A stretch of DNA of 64,000 bases from an uncultured Clostridia bacterium. GTDB taxonomy: Bacteria > Bacillota > Clostridia > TANB77 > CAG-508. The position numbers and the translations under genes are program-made. Positions 38,279 to 50,340 of this stretch are shown piece by piece. Under the pieces are notes generated by a model. The model was not told the DNA's origin and did not search any database. It saw only the letters and a program-made list of their open reading frames with translations. Each line of letters starts with the position of its first letter. The stretch's first letter is position 1. The stretch covers positions 754 through 64,753 of the forward strand of contig CASCUT010000005.1 in NCBI GenBank assembly GCA_949155365.1. The letters run 5' to 3'.

Positions 38279-41200
38279 TTACTCTACACTCTTTAAACTT
38301 TCTATCATATCAATTTTCTTTAATACAAAATGAATGATATTGTTTACAATCACTGAAAATCCTATTGTTATCATTGCCGATAGGAGATAGCTTGTTGGTA
38401 GGATTTTGATATCAAATTTTAATAAATCAATTTCTATTGTTCCTATAATAATATTCGTTAGGAATACACCAAATACCAATCCCAGTATAACACCAATTAA
38501 GGTAAAAATAATCGTTTCTTTATTGATATAACTATCTACTTCTTTATCCTGAAATCCCAATACTTTTAGTGTTGCAATCTCTCTTTTTCTTTCTCCAATA
38601 TTAATGTTAGCTAGATTATACAATACTACAAAAGCAAGCATAGCAGAAGTGATGATTAATACAATTACTACATAATCCATCGTACTTAACATATCACTAA
38701 TCGATTGCATGATATTCGGCATAAGTAGGACAGAAGCTACTCCTTCTATTTGTAGTAAATTTTCTGATAATTGATTTTGTGTTTCTTCACTCATTTCTTT
38801 TGCCTTTACTAATAGCATATTGGTTTGATAGGAAGATAATAAATTGGTTTCATAATAGTTTTTTGACATGTACACACAATGTCCTACATAATGTTTGGTA
38901 ATTCCCTCCACTTTTACAACATGTTTCACTTCTTCTGCATCGGTTATGGTAATTTCCTCTCCTACTTTTATTCCAAATGCATCTGCTACTTTTTCTGTTA
39001 GAATAACGCCATTATCACTTATTTTTAATTCTTCTTTTGTATTAACATCTATTAATTTGGCTACTTGATAAAATTCTTCTATTTGATTTGGTACATAGAT
39101 GGAAACATCATAACTCCTATCCTCATTTGCAATTCTACCAGTCCCCACATACACTTCTTGATAGCTTTCTATTTCTTGTTGCTTTGTTAAACACTCTTCT
39201 ATTTCTTTCATTCCATTGGTGTTTAATAAACTAATTGCTGAATCATATTGATAAATTTCTTTATATTGAAAATTCGGAATGTCTTGTACCGAATCTCGAA
39301 TGCCAAACCCAGTTAACATTAATCCTGTGCAACCTGCAATCCCAATAATTGTAATAATGGCTCTTTTCTTATAACGAAAAATGTTTCTTGCTGTTACTTT
39401 TTGCGAAAAGTTCATCCTCTTCCACAAAAACGCGATTCTTTCTAGCATTATCTTTTTTCCGTTTTTTTGGTGGTTTTGGTCTCATTAATGCGGATGGGGT
39501 TTCTTTTAGTTCTCTACGTGCTACTAACAATGTAGCACCACCAATACATAAAAATGCAATACAAGTTCCCATTAAACCTATGTTAAGTCGATATGACAAA
39601 TAAAATTTAGGAAGAACATATAGCATCGAGTAAATTTTCCAAACAATGGATGGTAATAAATAAAAGCCTACACTCATTCCTAATATTCCACCAATTACGC
39701 TTGCCATAAAAGCATACCATACATATTTTGCCATAATTTGTCTATTGGTATAGCCCAATGCTTTTAATGTTCCAATTTCAATTCTTTCTTCTTCAATCAT
39801 TCTTGTCATAGAAGTTAAACTAATTAAAACGGAAACAAGATAAAAGATAATTGGAAATACATTGGCAACATTGTTCATCGTTTTAATTGCATCAAATATA
39901 TTGGTATAACCTGCATTATCCTTTCGTTCTTGGATGTACCATTTGGCTTTTTCTATCTTTTTAATTTCTTCTCTTGCTTTGCTTATTTCTTGTTGTGCTT
40001 CTTGTAGTTTTCCTTCTGCTTCCTTTTTATTTTCCTGTAATTGCTTTTGGTTTGTGATAAGTTCTGTCTTTCCTTTTTCTAATTCTGCTTTTGCATTTGC
40101 TATTTTTGCTTTTCCCTTTTTCATTTCTGCATTGGCTGTTATTTTGCTCTTTTCTAAGGTACTTTTTTGTGTTGTTACTTCGGTTATGGCTTGCTTTATT
40201 TGTGCTTCTGTCTCTACTATTTTTTGTTTTGCTTCTGCTATTTGCGTTTGTATTTCACTTTTTTGCTTTTCTAAGTTTTGCACTGTTTCTTGTGTTTTGG
40301 TAATAGCCAATTCAATTTGAGTTGTATCTGCACCTACTGCTTCCATCTGCTCTTTTTGTTGCTTTAATGTATCTAGCATATTCTTGGCACTATGAATGCC
40401 TGCTTCTATTTCTTTTATTCCTTGATTGGCTTCTTGTTCTTTTTCTAGCAATTCTTGCTTTGCTATATCCAATTTTGTTTTATTTTGCTCTATTTGCTTT
40501 TCTGCTTCTACTAATTTTCTTTCTGCTTCTGAAAACTGTTCCTTTGTCTTTTGTTCTTGCCTTCCTAGTTCTCTTTCTGACTGCTGAATCGTTTGCTCAG
40601 AATTTTGGATGGTTTGCTCTGCTTGTTTTATTTGCTTTTCTGCCTCTTGTAACTTTTCCTCTACCTTTTGCTTTTCTTTTTCATACTCTTCTTGTGCTTC
40701 TTCTACTTTTTCTGTAGCTTTGTTAATCAGAGAAGTATATCGTTCTTGCTCTCTTTGTTCTTTGATGCCTTCTAGCTTTTGATAGACTGGTTCTACTAAG
40801 GCTAAATACTCATCACTACCAGTTTTTGTCTCTTTCGTTCCCTTTACGGTTACTCCTATTTCTGTATAATAATCAAATTTAATGTTCTCTTCTTTGCAAT
40901 AGAGAAACAAATCAATCGAACCATTTCCTATGTTGGTATTTCCTCTATCTTTTGAAATATAAATCGGAGACTGTACAATTCCTACAATTTCAAGTTCTTT
41001 TTCTTGGAATATAGATTCTCCTTGTTCGTTCGTATCTTCGTTTTGTAGTACAATCTTTTTTCCAATATAGTCTTGTGTATTACCTGTTATGTCATAATGA
41101 GCATCTAATAGGCATTCCTTTTCCTGTTCGATGTTTCTTCCTGCTATTATGACAGGAGTATTTACTTCTTCCTTATATCCTATCACTTTTGCAATTCTAT

Positions 41201-41501
41201 CTTTTTCTTCTAATACAACAATTGTGTCTTTACTTTTGATGCCAAAGGCGTTTTCTACTCCCTCAATCTGTCTTGTTGAAGATATATCTTCTTCCTCTAA
41301 TCCTAAAGTAGAAATAATGCTGATATCATACAAATTGCTAGAATCAGCAAAATGGTCTAAACTGTCTAACATATCTGGACTAGAAGCAACTAATCCAGAA
41401 TAAAAGCCCACTCCTAAAAATGCCATTGTTAGAATGGAAAGAAATCGTTTTTTTGTTTTGCTAATTGTTTTTACATTATTTTTAATTCGAGCTTTTCTCA
41501 A
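38279..41501 (-). CDS. Large FtsX-type ABC permease with coiled-coil; +1 shift at CGG 39461-39459, about 1073 aa
   Basis: Two FtsX halves (TSMTRMIEEERIEIGTLKALGY; ERKREIATLKVLGF) joined as LMRPKPPKK-[C]GKKIMLERI. Confidence 0.88.
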
Positions 41502-41517
41502 TGTAATAACTCCTTTA

Positions 41518-42219
41518 CTACCACTCTATTTCATCGATTGAAATAGGACTTTCATTAATCTCGATTTTTTCTGCCTTTCCATTTTTAAAATGAATGACTT
41601 TATCTGCCATAGGAGCAATGGCCGTATTATGGGTAATAATCACTACTGTCATTTTTTCTTTTCTTGCCATATCTTGTAGCAATCTTAAAATACTTTTCCC
41701 TGTTTTATAATCTAATGCTCCTGTTGGTTCATCACATAATAATAGTTTCGGATTTTTCGCAATTGCTCTTGCAATGGCTACTCTTTGTTGCTCTCCCCCA
41801 GAAAGTTGAGAAGGAAAATTATTCTTTCTATCACTTAGCCCTACTTTTTCTAGCATCTCATCAACATCTAACGCATCGATACATATTTGCGTTGCTAATT
41901 CTACATTTTCTTTGGCTGTTAAGTTTTGTACTAAATTATAGAACTGAAATACAAATCCAATATCATTTCTTCGATATTGAATTAGTTCTTTATGGTTTAA
42001 TTTGGTAATTTCTTTTCCATCTACCCATACTTTTCCTGCTGTTGCTGTATCCATTCCTCCCAAAATATTTAAGGTAGTCGTTTTTCCTGCTCCACTTGGT
42101 CCTGCTATGACAACCAATTCTCCTTTTTCAATGGAAAACTTTGCTTCCTCTAAGGCGGTTATTTCCACTTCTCCCATCTTGTATTTTTTATCCACCTTTT
42201 CAAACTCGATATATGCCAT
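41518..42219 (-). CDS. ABC transporter ATP-binding protein (LolD/MacB-like)
   Basis: [32 protein letters not shown]. Confidence 0.93.
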   Translation of the reverse strand: MAYIEFEKVDKKYKMGEVEITALEEAKFSIEKGELVVIAGPSGAGKTTTLNILGGMDTATAGKVWVDGKEITKLNHKELIQYRRNDIGFVFQFYNLVQNLTAKENVELATQICIDALDVDEMLEKVGLSDRKNNFPSQLSGGEQQRVAIARAIAKNPKLLLCDEPTGALDYKTGKSILRLLQDMARKEKMTVVIITHNTAIAPMADKVIHFKNGKAEKIEINESPISIDEIEW

Positions 42220-42274
42220 TTTTTCCTCACCTTTCAAACATTTCTTCATGATGATAACATTGCCAATCTAAAAC

Positions 42275-42730
42275 CTACGAACATCCTACGATTTTATTCT
42301 TTTCTTCGATCCATCTTTTCATAATATAGGTTTGCCATTTTCTAAACATTTTATTAACATATTCTTCTGGTTTTACCCATAATACCGTATGGTCTTTTTC
42401 GATGGGCTCTGTTATTTTTTTATCAAATTCTGCAATATATAGACTTGCTATTACTTCTATATATCCTTTCTTTTCCGAATATAAATAAGAACCTACTTCT
42501 GTAAATTCTTTCACATTTTTTATGGAATATCCCGCTTCTTCTATAATCTCTCTTTTTAACGCTTCTAGTTTTGTTTCTCCTTCCTCTATTCCTCCTCCTA
42601 AGTAAAAGAAGCAATCCTCTCCATCTGTTACAATTCCTACTCTATCCTCTTCTTTATTGATAATAATAGCATATGCTCCTGGTCTTTTTGTATATTTTAT
42701 ATTTTGTTCTTTTTCTCCTATATATTTCAT
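42275..42730 (-). CDS. NUDIX hydrolase
   Basis: RPGAYAII, GGGIEEGE...REIIEEAG. Confidence 0.88.
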   Translation of the reverse strand: MKYIGEKEQNIKYTKRPGAYAIIINKEEDRVGIVTDGEDCFFYLGGGIEEGETKLEALKREIIEEAGYSIKNVKEFTEVGSYLYSEKKGYIEVIASLYIAEFDKKITEPIEKDHTVLWVKPEEYVNKMFRKWQTYIMKRWIEEKNKIVGCS

Positions 42731-42925
42731 TTCTCTTTCTCCTAATATGTTTCGTGTGATGCAATTTCATTTTCATTATGTACAAATTTTAACTTCTGCA
42801 ATGTTTCTTGACCAATTATTTCATCTTATTTTACCATATTAAAATGCCTCTGACAACGAATTCACAAATATTTCACAAAAAAAGGAAAATTTTGGATATC
42901 TCCTAAAACTTTCCTTTTTTCTGTT

Positions 42926-43810
42926 TTATTCGTCGATGGAAATTAACTCATATTCTTTGCTTCCCATTCCTAATTCTTCTGCTACATCAATGGTATGGGT
43001 TCCTTGTTTTGAATGAATTCTTTCTAATAGATGGTCTCTTCCTTTGTCTTCTGATTTTGTTACTAAATCAATACAAGCTTGGTCAATGGCAACTGGGTCT
43101 AAGGATGCTAGTATTCCGATATCTTGAATGCATGGGTCTTCTGCTACTCTACAACAGTCGCAGTCTACACTCATGTTACACATAATATTAATATATACTA
43201 TATTTCCTTCGAATTTCTTTGCCACACTACTAGCACTATCTGCCATAGCTTCTAAAAATTTTAGTTGGTCTACTTGGAACATATCTTCATAGCTTCCATT
43301 TTCTTTTCCAACACAATGAATATAACGTTTTCCTTTTCCAGAAGCAACACCGATGGATAATTGTTTTAATGCTCCACCGTATCCTCCCATCGGATGACCT
43401 TTGAAATGAGATAAAACTAGCATTGAATCATAATTATCAATATGGTTTCCTACATAGTTTTTCTTAATGACTTTTCCATTTGGAATTTCTAATACTTTAT
43501 CTTCTCCTTCACTATCCATAATGTCTACCTTAAAATATTTAGTCCAACCATGTTCTTCCATTAATTTTTGATGTTTCTCTGTAGTATCTCTTGCTCCTTC
43601 ATAAGCAGTATTACATTCTACCACAGTTCCATTCACATGTTCTACTATTTTCTTTACCATTTCTGGTTTAATATAGTTTTGATTTCCTTTTTCTCCCGAA
43701 TGCAATTTCACAGCCACTTTTCCTTTTAATGTTTTTTCTAGTACCTCATACATCTTTACAATACTTTCTGGTGTAATTTCTTTGCTAAAATAAACTTTTG
43801 CTTTTCCCAT
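42926..43810 (-). CDS. DUF362 domain Fe-S protein
   Basis: AVKLHSGE, SHFKGHPMGGYGGALKQLSIG, CDC, DPVAIDQAC. Confidence 0.85.
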   Translation of the reverse strand: MGKAKVYFSKEITPESIVKMYEVLEKTLKGKVAVKLHSGEKGNQNYIKPEMVKKIVEHVNGTVVECNTAYEGARDTTEKHQKLMEEHGWTKYFKVDIMDSEGEDKVLEIPNGKVIKKNYVGNHIDNYDSMLVLSHFKGHPMGGYGGALKQLSIGVASGKGKRYIHCVGKENGSYEDMFQVDQLKFLEAMADSASSVAKKFEGNIVYINIMCNMSVDCDCCRVAEDPCIQDIGILASLDPVAIDQACIDLVTKSEDKGRDHLLERIHSKQGTHTIDVAEELGMGSKEYELISIDE

Positions 43811-43851
43811 AATCCTCTTCCTTTCTTTTACTACATACTAAATACAGCAAA

Positions 43852-44063
43852 GACAGGGGAAAGACAGGGGGACGGAGATTTTGTCTAGCGCTTTTCCGCT
43901 TTTTACTTTTCACTTTTCATTTTTTATATTGTCAAAAACCTTTAGACAAAATCTCCGTCCTGTTATCTTTTCTTTGTTGTACCCTTTCTTATTTTGTTTA
44001 TCGTATCATACTATGAATACTTTTTCAATAATCATTCCATGTCAAAATCTCCGTCCCCATGTC
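43852..44063. repeat. REP-like cluster (family C, GACAGGGGGACGGAGATTTTGTC)
   Basis: One forward copy (43863-43886) and two inverted copies (43943-43963, 44041-44063). Confidence 0.65.
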
Positions 44064-44083
44064 TACCATGTATCTTCCTATTT

Positions 44084-44755
44084 CTACATCACATACAATA
44101 AAATACATAGAAATTGTAAACTTCCTAATAAAATGAATAGATGAAATATGGAATGGAAATATTTGTGTTTTTTTCCTACTCCATATAAAATTGCTCCTAT
44201 TGTATAGGTTACTCCTCCTGCTACTAAGAGTATAAATCCATTGGTTGTTAATAATTGTGGTAATTCATTCACTTTAAAAATGATACACCAACCCATTAAT
44301 AGATAACAGATCATGGAGAATACTTTATATCTTTTGATATCAATTGAGTTTAATACAATTCCTAAAATGGCAAATCCCCATATTATGCTAAATATAATCC
44401 ATCCTGTTAATGGATTACTTTCTCGAATTGTACATAGTGCAAATGGTGTATAAGAACCTGCTATTAATAAAAATATGGAGCAATGGTCTAATATTTGAAA
44501 TACTTTTTTTGATTTTAGCTTAGGACTTAATCCATGGTAAATACTTGACATTGTATAAAGTAGTAACATACTTATTCCATAAATAAGTCCACTTACTATC
44601 CCATACAAATTTTTATGGCTTGTCGCAAATGCAACACATAATATGGTAGCAATTAATCCTAAAGAGGCACCTACAATATGGGATGTCATATTAAATATTT
44701 CTTCTCCTTTGGTATACGTTGGTAATATTCTATCTTTTAATTTCGTTCTTTGCAT
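44084..44755 (-). CDS. Hemolysin III/PAQR family membrane protein
   Basis: EEIFNMTSH, SSIYH, DHCSIFLLIAGSYTP, HSIFHLF. Confidence 0.92.
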   Translation of the reverse strand: MQRTKLKDRILPTYTKGEEIFNMTSHIVGASLGLIATILCVAFATSHKNLYGIVSGLIYGISMLLLYTMSSIYHGLSPKLKSKKVFQILDHCSIFLLIAGSYTPFALCTIRESNPLTGWIIFSIIWGFAILGIVLNSIDIKRYKVFSMICYLLMGWCIIFKVNELPQLLTTNGFILLVAGGVTYTIGAILYGVGKKHKYFHSIFHLFILLGSLQFLCILLYVM

Positions 44756-44939
44756 TTTCTCTCCTTTTCGTTTCCATTATTTTACTTTTTGTTGATTGTC
44801 TTTTATCCTATCATAAAAAATGACAAGAAGCAATCATCCTCTCCTTTTATTTTACCCTTTTTTTCTCTTCTTTTTCAATCTTATCCTTTTTTACTAAAAA
44901 AGATTAGAGTCTCTCTCTAATCTTCTGTTTTTTTGTATA

Positions 44940-45899
44940 TTAATTTTTAAATAAAGTAAGCATATATCCCAAGTACATTACTAAATAGATAAAGCCATTC
45001 GCTCTACTCATTTTGTTTTTTGGTGGAATGATTGGAAATACCGATAATATAAATGTTCCTATTATTAAGATAATAAAATCTTTATTATAAGTCATATTAT
45101 ATTGAATTGGATTGATTAGTGCAGATACTCCAATGATTAACAATATATTGAAGATACAGGAACCTAAAATATTTCCTATGGCAATATCACTTTTTCCTTT
45201 TGCTGATGCGGAAACACTTGTTACAAGTTCTGGCAAACTTGTCCCTATTGCTAGTATGGTAACACTTATGATTTTCTCACTTAAGTGAAACATCTCTGCT
45301 ATTTTTACTGCATTTTGTACTGTTACATCTCCCCCTATTTTAAGAGCAACTATTCCTATTATGATAAGTAGGATATCTTTTAATGCTTTGCTTTCTTTTT
45401 CCTCTTTCTTTTCCTCTTTCTCTTTTTCTTCTTTATCAAATGTTTCGCCTTTAAAAGCCATAATAATGGTATAGATAATAAATACTATAAACAGTCCAAT
45501 TAGTATTATTCCTTTTATTCTCGAAACCTCTTTTCCTATATTACATAGTATCATGAAAATAATCGTTATTATTAAACATAGTGGCGTTTCTATTAATCTT
45601 GTCTCTTTTTTAAAGATAATTGGTTGTACCATTGAAGATAATCCTAAAATTAAAAGTAAATTACATATGTTACTTCCTAGTACATTTCCAATTGCCATAT
45701 CCGAATGTCCATCTAAGGCAGAAGTAATACTAACAAATAACTCTGGCATTGATGTTCCAATGGAAATAATCGTTAATCCAATAACAATTTCTGGTATATG
45801 AAATCTCTTTGCTATATTGCTTGCTCCATCTACTAGAAAGTCTGCTCCTTTTATTAGTAAGATAAACCCTATGATAATAAATATAATTGCTACAAACAT
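44940..45899 (-). CDS. Ca2+/Na+ antiporter (YrbG-like)
   Basis: Two repeats GTSMPEL/GTSLPEL and AIGNxLGS. Confidence 0.92.
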   Translation of the reverse strand: MFVAIIFIIIGFILLIKGADFLVDGASNIAKRFHIPEIVIGLTIISIGTSMPELFVSITSALDGHSDMAIGNVLGSNICNLLLILGLSSMVQPIIFKKETRLIETPLCLIITIIFMILCNIGKEVSRIKGIILIGLFIVFIIYTIIMAFKGETFDKEEKEKEEKKEEKESKALKDILLIIIGIVALKIGGDVTVQNAVKIAEMFHLSEKIISVTILAIGTSLPELVTSVSASAKGKSDIAIGNILGSCIFNILLIIGVSALINPIQYNMTYNKDFIILIIGTFILSVFPIIPPKNKMSRANGFIYLVMYLGYMLTLFKN

Positions 45900-45926
45900 T
45901 CCTATCTTCCCCCTTCTTTTCCTCTG

Positions 45927-47258
45927 TTACACATATTGATATTTTTTTCTATTTGTTACTAAAAACCCAATACTAATAATGAATGCTAATGATTCTGCTA
46001 CTACATCTGCTATCCAAATTCCATTTATTCCCCATATTATTGGTAATATCAAAATGGTTATTACTTGAAGTACCAATGTCCTTAAAAAGGAAATGATGGC
46101 TGAAACAATGCCATTGTTTAGTGCGGTAAAAAAAGAAGAAGCAAATATATTAAATCCACTCATTATATAGCTAAAGGAAAATAGTCTTATTGCTCTTGTT
46201 GTCATCTCTAATAAGGTAATATCATAACTTACAAAAATAGATGCTAATGATTTCGAAAGTATTTCTGCTAATACTGTCATCACAATAGAAGTAATTCCAA
46301 TTAGTTGTAAACTTTTCTTTAATAAACTTTTTAGTTCTTCTGTGTTTTTTGCTCCATAATGATAGCTAATAATAGGCGCTGTACCTATGGCATATCCTAT
46401 GTAAGTACTAATAAAAATGAAGTTTACATACATAATAATTCCATAAGCAACAATGCCATCTTCCCCTATATATTTCAGTAGTTGGACATTGTATAATATA
46501 TTTACTAAAGATAACGATACGTTCGTTAACATTTCTGAAGAACCATTCATACAAGCTTTTAGAATTGGCTTTACTTCAAATTTTGCTTTTGTTAATTTTA
46601 ATAGACTCTTATTTTTCCCAAAAAAGTATAAAAGTGGAATTACTCCTCCTACTAATTGACTTATCCCTGTTGCTAGTCCTGCTCCAAATACGCCTAATTG
46701 AAACACATACATTAGTAAATAGTCTAAGACCATATTTGTTATTCCTGCAAAAATTGAAATGATTAATCCAAATGTTGGTTTTTCCGCTACTACTAGAAAA
46801 CTTTGAAAACAATTTTGTAACACAAATGGAATTAAAAAGAAAAATAAGGTTTTTCCATAGGTAACACAATGCTCTAACATTGCTTCATTGGCTCCTAAAA
46901 GATGCGAAATTGGCCTTACTGTAAATACCCCTATAAAAGTAAATAACATTCCTAATCCTATTAACAAATAAATCAACATGGAAAAATATTGATTGGCTTT
47001 TTTATTTTCTCCCTCTCCTATTGTTTTAGAAACTAAAGCACTTCCTCCTGTTCCTATCATAAATCCTATTGCTCCTAATATCATAAAAACAGGCCAAATT
47101 AAATTCACTCCTGCAAATGCATTAGATCCAACATAATTTGATATAAAGATTCCATCTACTACACCGTAGATAGAAGTAAAAATCATCATTATAATCGTTG
47201 GCATGGTAAATTTTATTAATTTTCGGTACGTAAAATGTTCTGATAATTGTATTTTCAT
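45927..47258 (-). CDS. MATE family efflux transporter
   Basis: YGVVDGIFIS, NMVLDYL, GAGLAT, about 12 TMs. Confidence 0.92.
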   Translation of the reverse strand: MKIQLSEHFTYRKLIKFTMPTIIMMIFTSIYGVVDGIFISNYVGSNAFAGVNLIWPVFMILGAIGFMIGTGGSALVSKTIGEGENKKANQYFSMLIYLLIGLGMLFTFIGVFTVRPISHLLGANEAMLEHCVTYGKTLFFFLIPFVLQNCFQSFLVVAEKPTFGLIISIFAGITNMVLDYLLMYVFQLGVFGAGLATGISQLVGGVIPLLYFFGKNKSLLKLTKAKFEVKPILKACMNGSSEMLTNVSLSLVNILYNVQLLKYIGEDGIVAYGIIMYVNFIFISTYIGYAIGTAPIISYHYGAKNTEELKSLLKKSLQLIGITSIVMTVLAEILSKSLASIFVSYDITLLEMTTRAIRLFSFSYIMSGFNIFASSFFTALNNGIVSAIISFLRTLVLQVITILILPIIWGINGIWIADVVAESLAFIISIGFLVTNRKKYQYV

Positions 47259-47390
47259 TTTCGTTTTTCCCCCTAAATTCGACAGGAATTATTATAGTAT
47301 GAAATCACTTTATTGTCAACCATTCTACTTTTCTCTTTTCCTTAGTTCTAATTCTTTCTTTTGTTAATATTTTTTATCGAGGTGATTTTC

Positions 47391-48179
47391 TTGAGGATTC
47401 TTTCATTTTCTAAAAAAATACTATTATACCATGTTTGTATCCTTTTTTTCCTTATCCTTGTAATATCTTTTCTTTGTTACACTGCTTTTCAGAATACTAC
47501 CCCTTGTCATAGTCCTATTTTTGATTCTTTTTCAGAGCAAATTCAAAACCTTACCAATGGGACAGAAAAAATTGCTTACTTAACATTTGATGATGGCCCC
47601 ACTACCTCTGTTACTCCTAAAGTATTAGATATTCTTGCAGTAGAACAAGTAAAAGCTACTTTTTTTGTGATTGGAAAATCGGTAGAAGCACATCCTGAAA
47701 TTGTAAAACGAGCTTATGAAGAAGGACACTATATTGCCAATCATAGTTATTCTCACAATAATGCTATTTTATATAAATCGAAAGAAAGTTTTCTACATGA
47801 AATTCAGCTAACCGATACTGCCATTGCAAAAGCACTTGAAATCGACTCCTATCATTCTTATCTATTCCGTTTTCCCAATGGTTTCATGGCTCCTCTCTAT
47901 CAAAAAGAAAAGAAAGAAGCCATATCTCTTCTTTCTGATAAAAATTATACCTATCTTGACTGGAATGCTTTAACTCAAGACTCTGTTAAGAAGTATTCAC
48001 CAAGTCAATTACTAGCCAATTTAAAACAATCTTGTCAAAACAAAGGGACTCTCGTTGTTTTAATGCACGATACCAAAGATGTCAATGATAGTTCTCTTGT
48101 TTTAAAAGATTGCATTTCTTATTTAAAAGAACAAGGCTATGAATTTCGAAACCTTTCTTCTCTTCTCCCTAGGCTCTAG
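47391..48179 (+). CDS. Polysaccharide (peptidoglycan) deacetylase
   Basis: YLTFDDGP, ATFFVIG, NHSYSH, FRFP, LMHD; TTG start after GAGGTG. Confidence 0.9.
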   Translation: MRILSFSKKILLYHVCILFFLILVISFLCYTAFQNTTPCHSPIFDSFSEQIQNLTNGTEKIAYLTFDDGPTTSVTPKVLDILAVEQVKATFFVIGKSVEAHPEIVKRAYEEGHYIANHSYSHNNAILYKSKESFLHEIQLTDTAIAKALEIDSYHSYLFRFPNGFMAPLYQKEKKEAISLLSDKNYTYLDWNALTQDSVKKYSPSQLLANLKQSCQNKGTLVVLMHDTKDVNDSSLVLKDCISYLKEQGYEFRNLSSLLPRL

Positions 48180-48309
48180 GTTATTGTTTTAGCTAAAACT
48201 TTCTTTTAATAATCTTCCTTAGACTTGTATCTTGCTAACTAATATCCTTGTCATAGCTATTGAAACAACTCCGCTACCAGTTGGTAACGGAGTTGCAAAA
48301 AAACACTTA

Positions 48310-49101
48310 TTAACACCAGTCTTTATATATTCTTTCCTGTTCTACAAAATGCGTAATCAATGGAAGAAAGTTAATTGGTACCTCTGCACTATCAAGGCTG
48401 TCAATTCGTTTTATTAAACTTTCTGCTGTCAATTCGTTTGTTGAAGGATATCGAATTATGCTAATCCAAGACACTAAAGAATTTCCACTTTTCAGTATTA
48501 TCTCAAAATTCTCATCCTGTGCGTAGCAATATTTCTTCTCTTTTTCTTTCCAACTTGTAACATCATATCCCTTTGCTACAAGTGTTTCAGGCGTGTAAAG
48601 TACTAGTCCACTGTCTATATTAACAGCCGTAATGTCACCAACCAATTTTGCAACTTTTACTAAAAGTTGCACGAACTTTTCCCTGTATGTTTGAATGTTT
48701 TCCTCTTTACAATTTGGCGCTTCTGGTTCGGTTTCTGAACAAAAATTAAAATCATATGTCCAAACCGTATTGGTGCGGTCATGCCCACAGTAATGTTCTT
48801 CTAACTTCTTATTCCGAATGGTTTTAAGATGATAACCATTGCTATGGCTCGCTTCTTGTTCAATCCACACTCTACCGCAGTCTTCTAATTTCTCAGAATA
48901 ATATTTAGCCCATAGACGTCTACCAAACCGCTCATTTGCTACTGGCTTTGCCAAAGTCACATTAAGCGTTTCCATAATTATTTCATCTGGAATGGTAACA
49001 TCTAAGGGATAAAATAGCTTAATGCTATTTCCCATCCAGCAAGTCCACAGCCCTACAATTCCATTTGTTGTTTCAATCGCTACGCTCCATCCAAGTTGCA
49101 T
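48310..49101 (-). CDS. Hypothetical protein (accessory)
   Basis: 263-aa ORF with AAGGAGG RBS and own promoter. Confidence 0.7.
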   Translation of the reverse strand: MQLGWSVAIETTNGIVGLWTCWMGNSIKLFYPLDVTIPDEIIMETLNVTLAKPVANERFGRRLWAKYYSEKLEDCGRVWIEQEASHSNGYHLKTIRNKKLEEHYCGHDRTNTVWTYDFNFCSETEPEAPNCKEENIQTYREKFVQLLVKVAKLVGDITAVNIDSGLVLYTPETLVAKGYDVTSWKEKEKKYCYAQDENFEIILKSGNSLVSWISIIRYPSTNELTAESLIKRIDSLDSAEVPINFLPLITHFVEQERIYKDWC

Positions 49102-49191
49102 CCTAAATCCTCCTTACAATTGTTTTTTGAGAATACTTACTAACACAATGTCATTCTTTTTCTATTTCGCATGACTGCGAATGATGATTGT

Positions 49192-49220
49192 ATTTTATCA
49201 TAATTCACATAATATTTCAA
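49192..49220 (-). promoter_or_regulatory. SigA-type promoter with TTATGTGAA spacer motif
   Basis: TTGAAA-17 nt-TAAAAT. Confidence 0.6.
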
Positions 49221-49254
49221 GTAAATTCTACCTTTTCCCGTTTTTTCCTCTATT

Positions 49255-50340
49255 CTATAAGGTAACACTAAACTCTATCACATCGTCTTCATTTTTTACG
49301 CTAATATCTCCTTTATGCAATTGTATAATTTCTTTTGTTATCGCAAGACCTAGTCCTGCACCACCTTCATTACTTGCTCTCGCTTCATCGATACGATAAA
49401 ATTTATCAAATAATTTTTCTAATTTGTATTTTGGAATTTTATCTCCTCTATTTCGAAATATCACTTGTGTTGTTTCTTCTTTCTGTTCTAATACAATTTC
49501 AATTAAGCTATTTTCATAACTATAGTGAATAGCATTTTTAATAAGGTTACCAAAAGCTCTTGCTAGTTTATCCCCATCTCCTTCATAATAAACATGGTCT
49601 GGTTTGGTTACCTCACAGGTTAATTTCCTTTCTTGTAACATCGGATAACATTCATCTACTAGTTGTTCTAATAAAAAAGATAAATCGATTTTCTTTTTTT
49701 GAATTGGCATATCATGCAAATTGTATCTTGTTATTTCAAAGAATTGATTGGTCAATTCTTCTACTCTTAAGGCTTTTTCTAATGCTATCTTGATATATTT
49801 TTCTTCTAGTGGCTTCGAAATTTGCTTTTCTTCTGTTAATAAAGTCAAATATCCTATGATAGAAGTAAGAGGTGTTTTTAAATCATGTGCCATATACATG
49901 ATTAAGTCATTTTTCTTTGCTTCCGCTTCTTTGGCTTCATTCCTATTCTTAATTAATTCAATTCGTATATTATTTAGCTTATTTTCAATAACTGCTAGAT
50001 ATGGAGGTAATGTCACTTCTTTATCTGGATTCTTCGAGATTTGATTCATTGCCATCGTGATAGTAATTAAATGATTGGAAGCATTTCGTATTACAAAAAA
50101 AGCAACCAAAATAACAAATACCGAATAAATACTAGCTATAATAATTTGCTTATTCTTTACTATTAGATAGTACGACATGGTATCACTCTCATAAATTTTT
50201 TCTGCAATTAAATCGTTAAAAACACCATCTACTAGTATCATAAAAATAATTAGTGCAATTATGGTATACACTACAATTTGGATAATAGCTTTTAATGCTA
50301 CCATATTTTTAATACTTTTAAATTCTTTTACTTCATTCAA
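49255..50340 (-). CDS. VanS-like sensor histidine kinase
   Basis: MAHDLKTPLTSIIGYL, NLIKNAIHY, FDKFYRID, GGAGLGL. Confidence 0.9.
   Translation of the reverse strand: MNEVKEFKSIKNMVALKAIIQIVVYTIIALIIFMILVDGVFNDLIAEKIYESDTMSYYLIVKNKQIIIASIYSVFVILVAFFVIRNASNHLITITMAMNQISKNPDKEVTLPPYLAVIENKLNNIRIELIKNRNEAKEAEAKKNDLIMYMAHDLKTPLTSIIGYLTLLTEEKQISKPLEEKYIKIALEKALRVEELTNQFFEITRYNLHDMPIQKKKIDLSFLLEQLVDECYPMLQERKLTCEVTKPDHVYYEGDGDKLARAFGNLIKNAIHYSYENSLIEIVLEQKEETTQVIFRNRGDKIPKYKLEKLFDKFYRIDEARASNEGGAGLGLAITKEIIQLHKGDISVKNEDDVIEFSVTL

Noticed and set aside
39960-40740. Low-complexity repetitive DNA in the permease
   Set aside because: Explained by an E/K/Q-rich coiled coil normal for this family.
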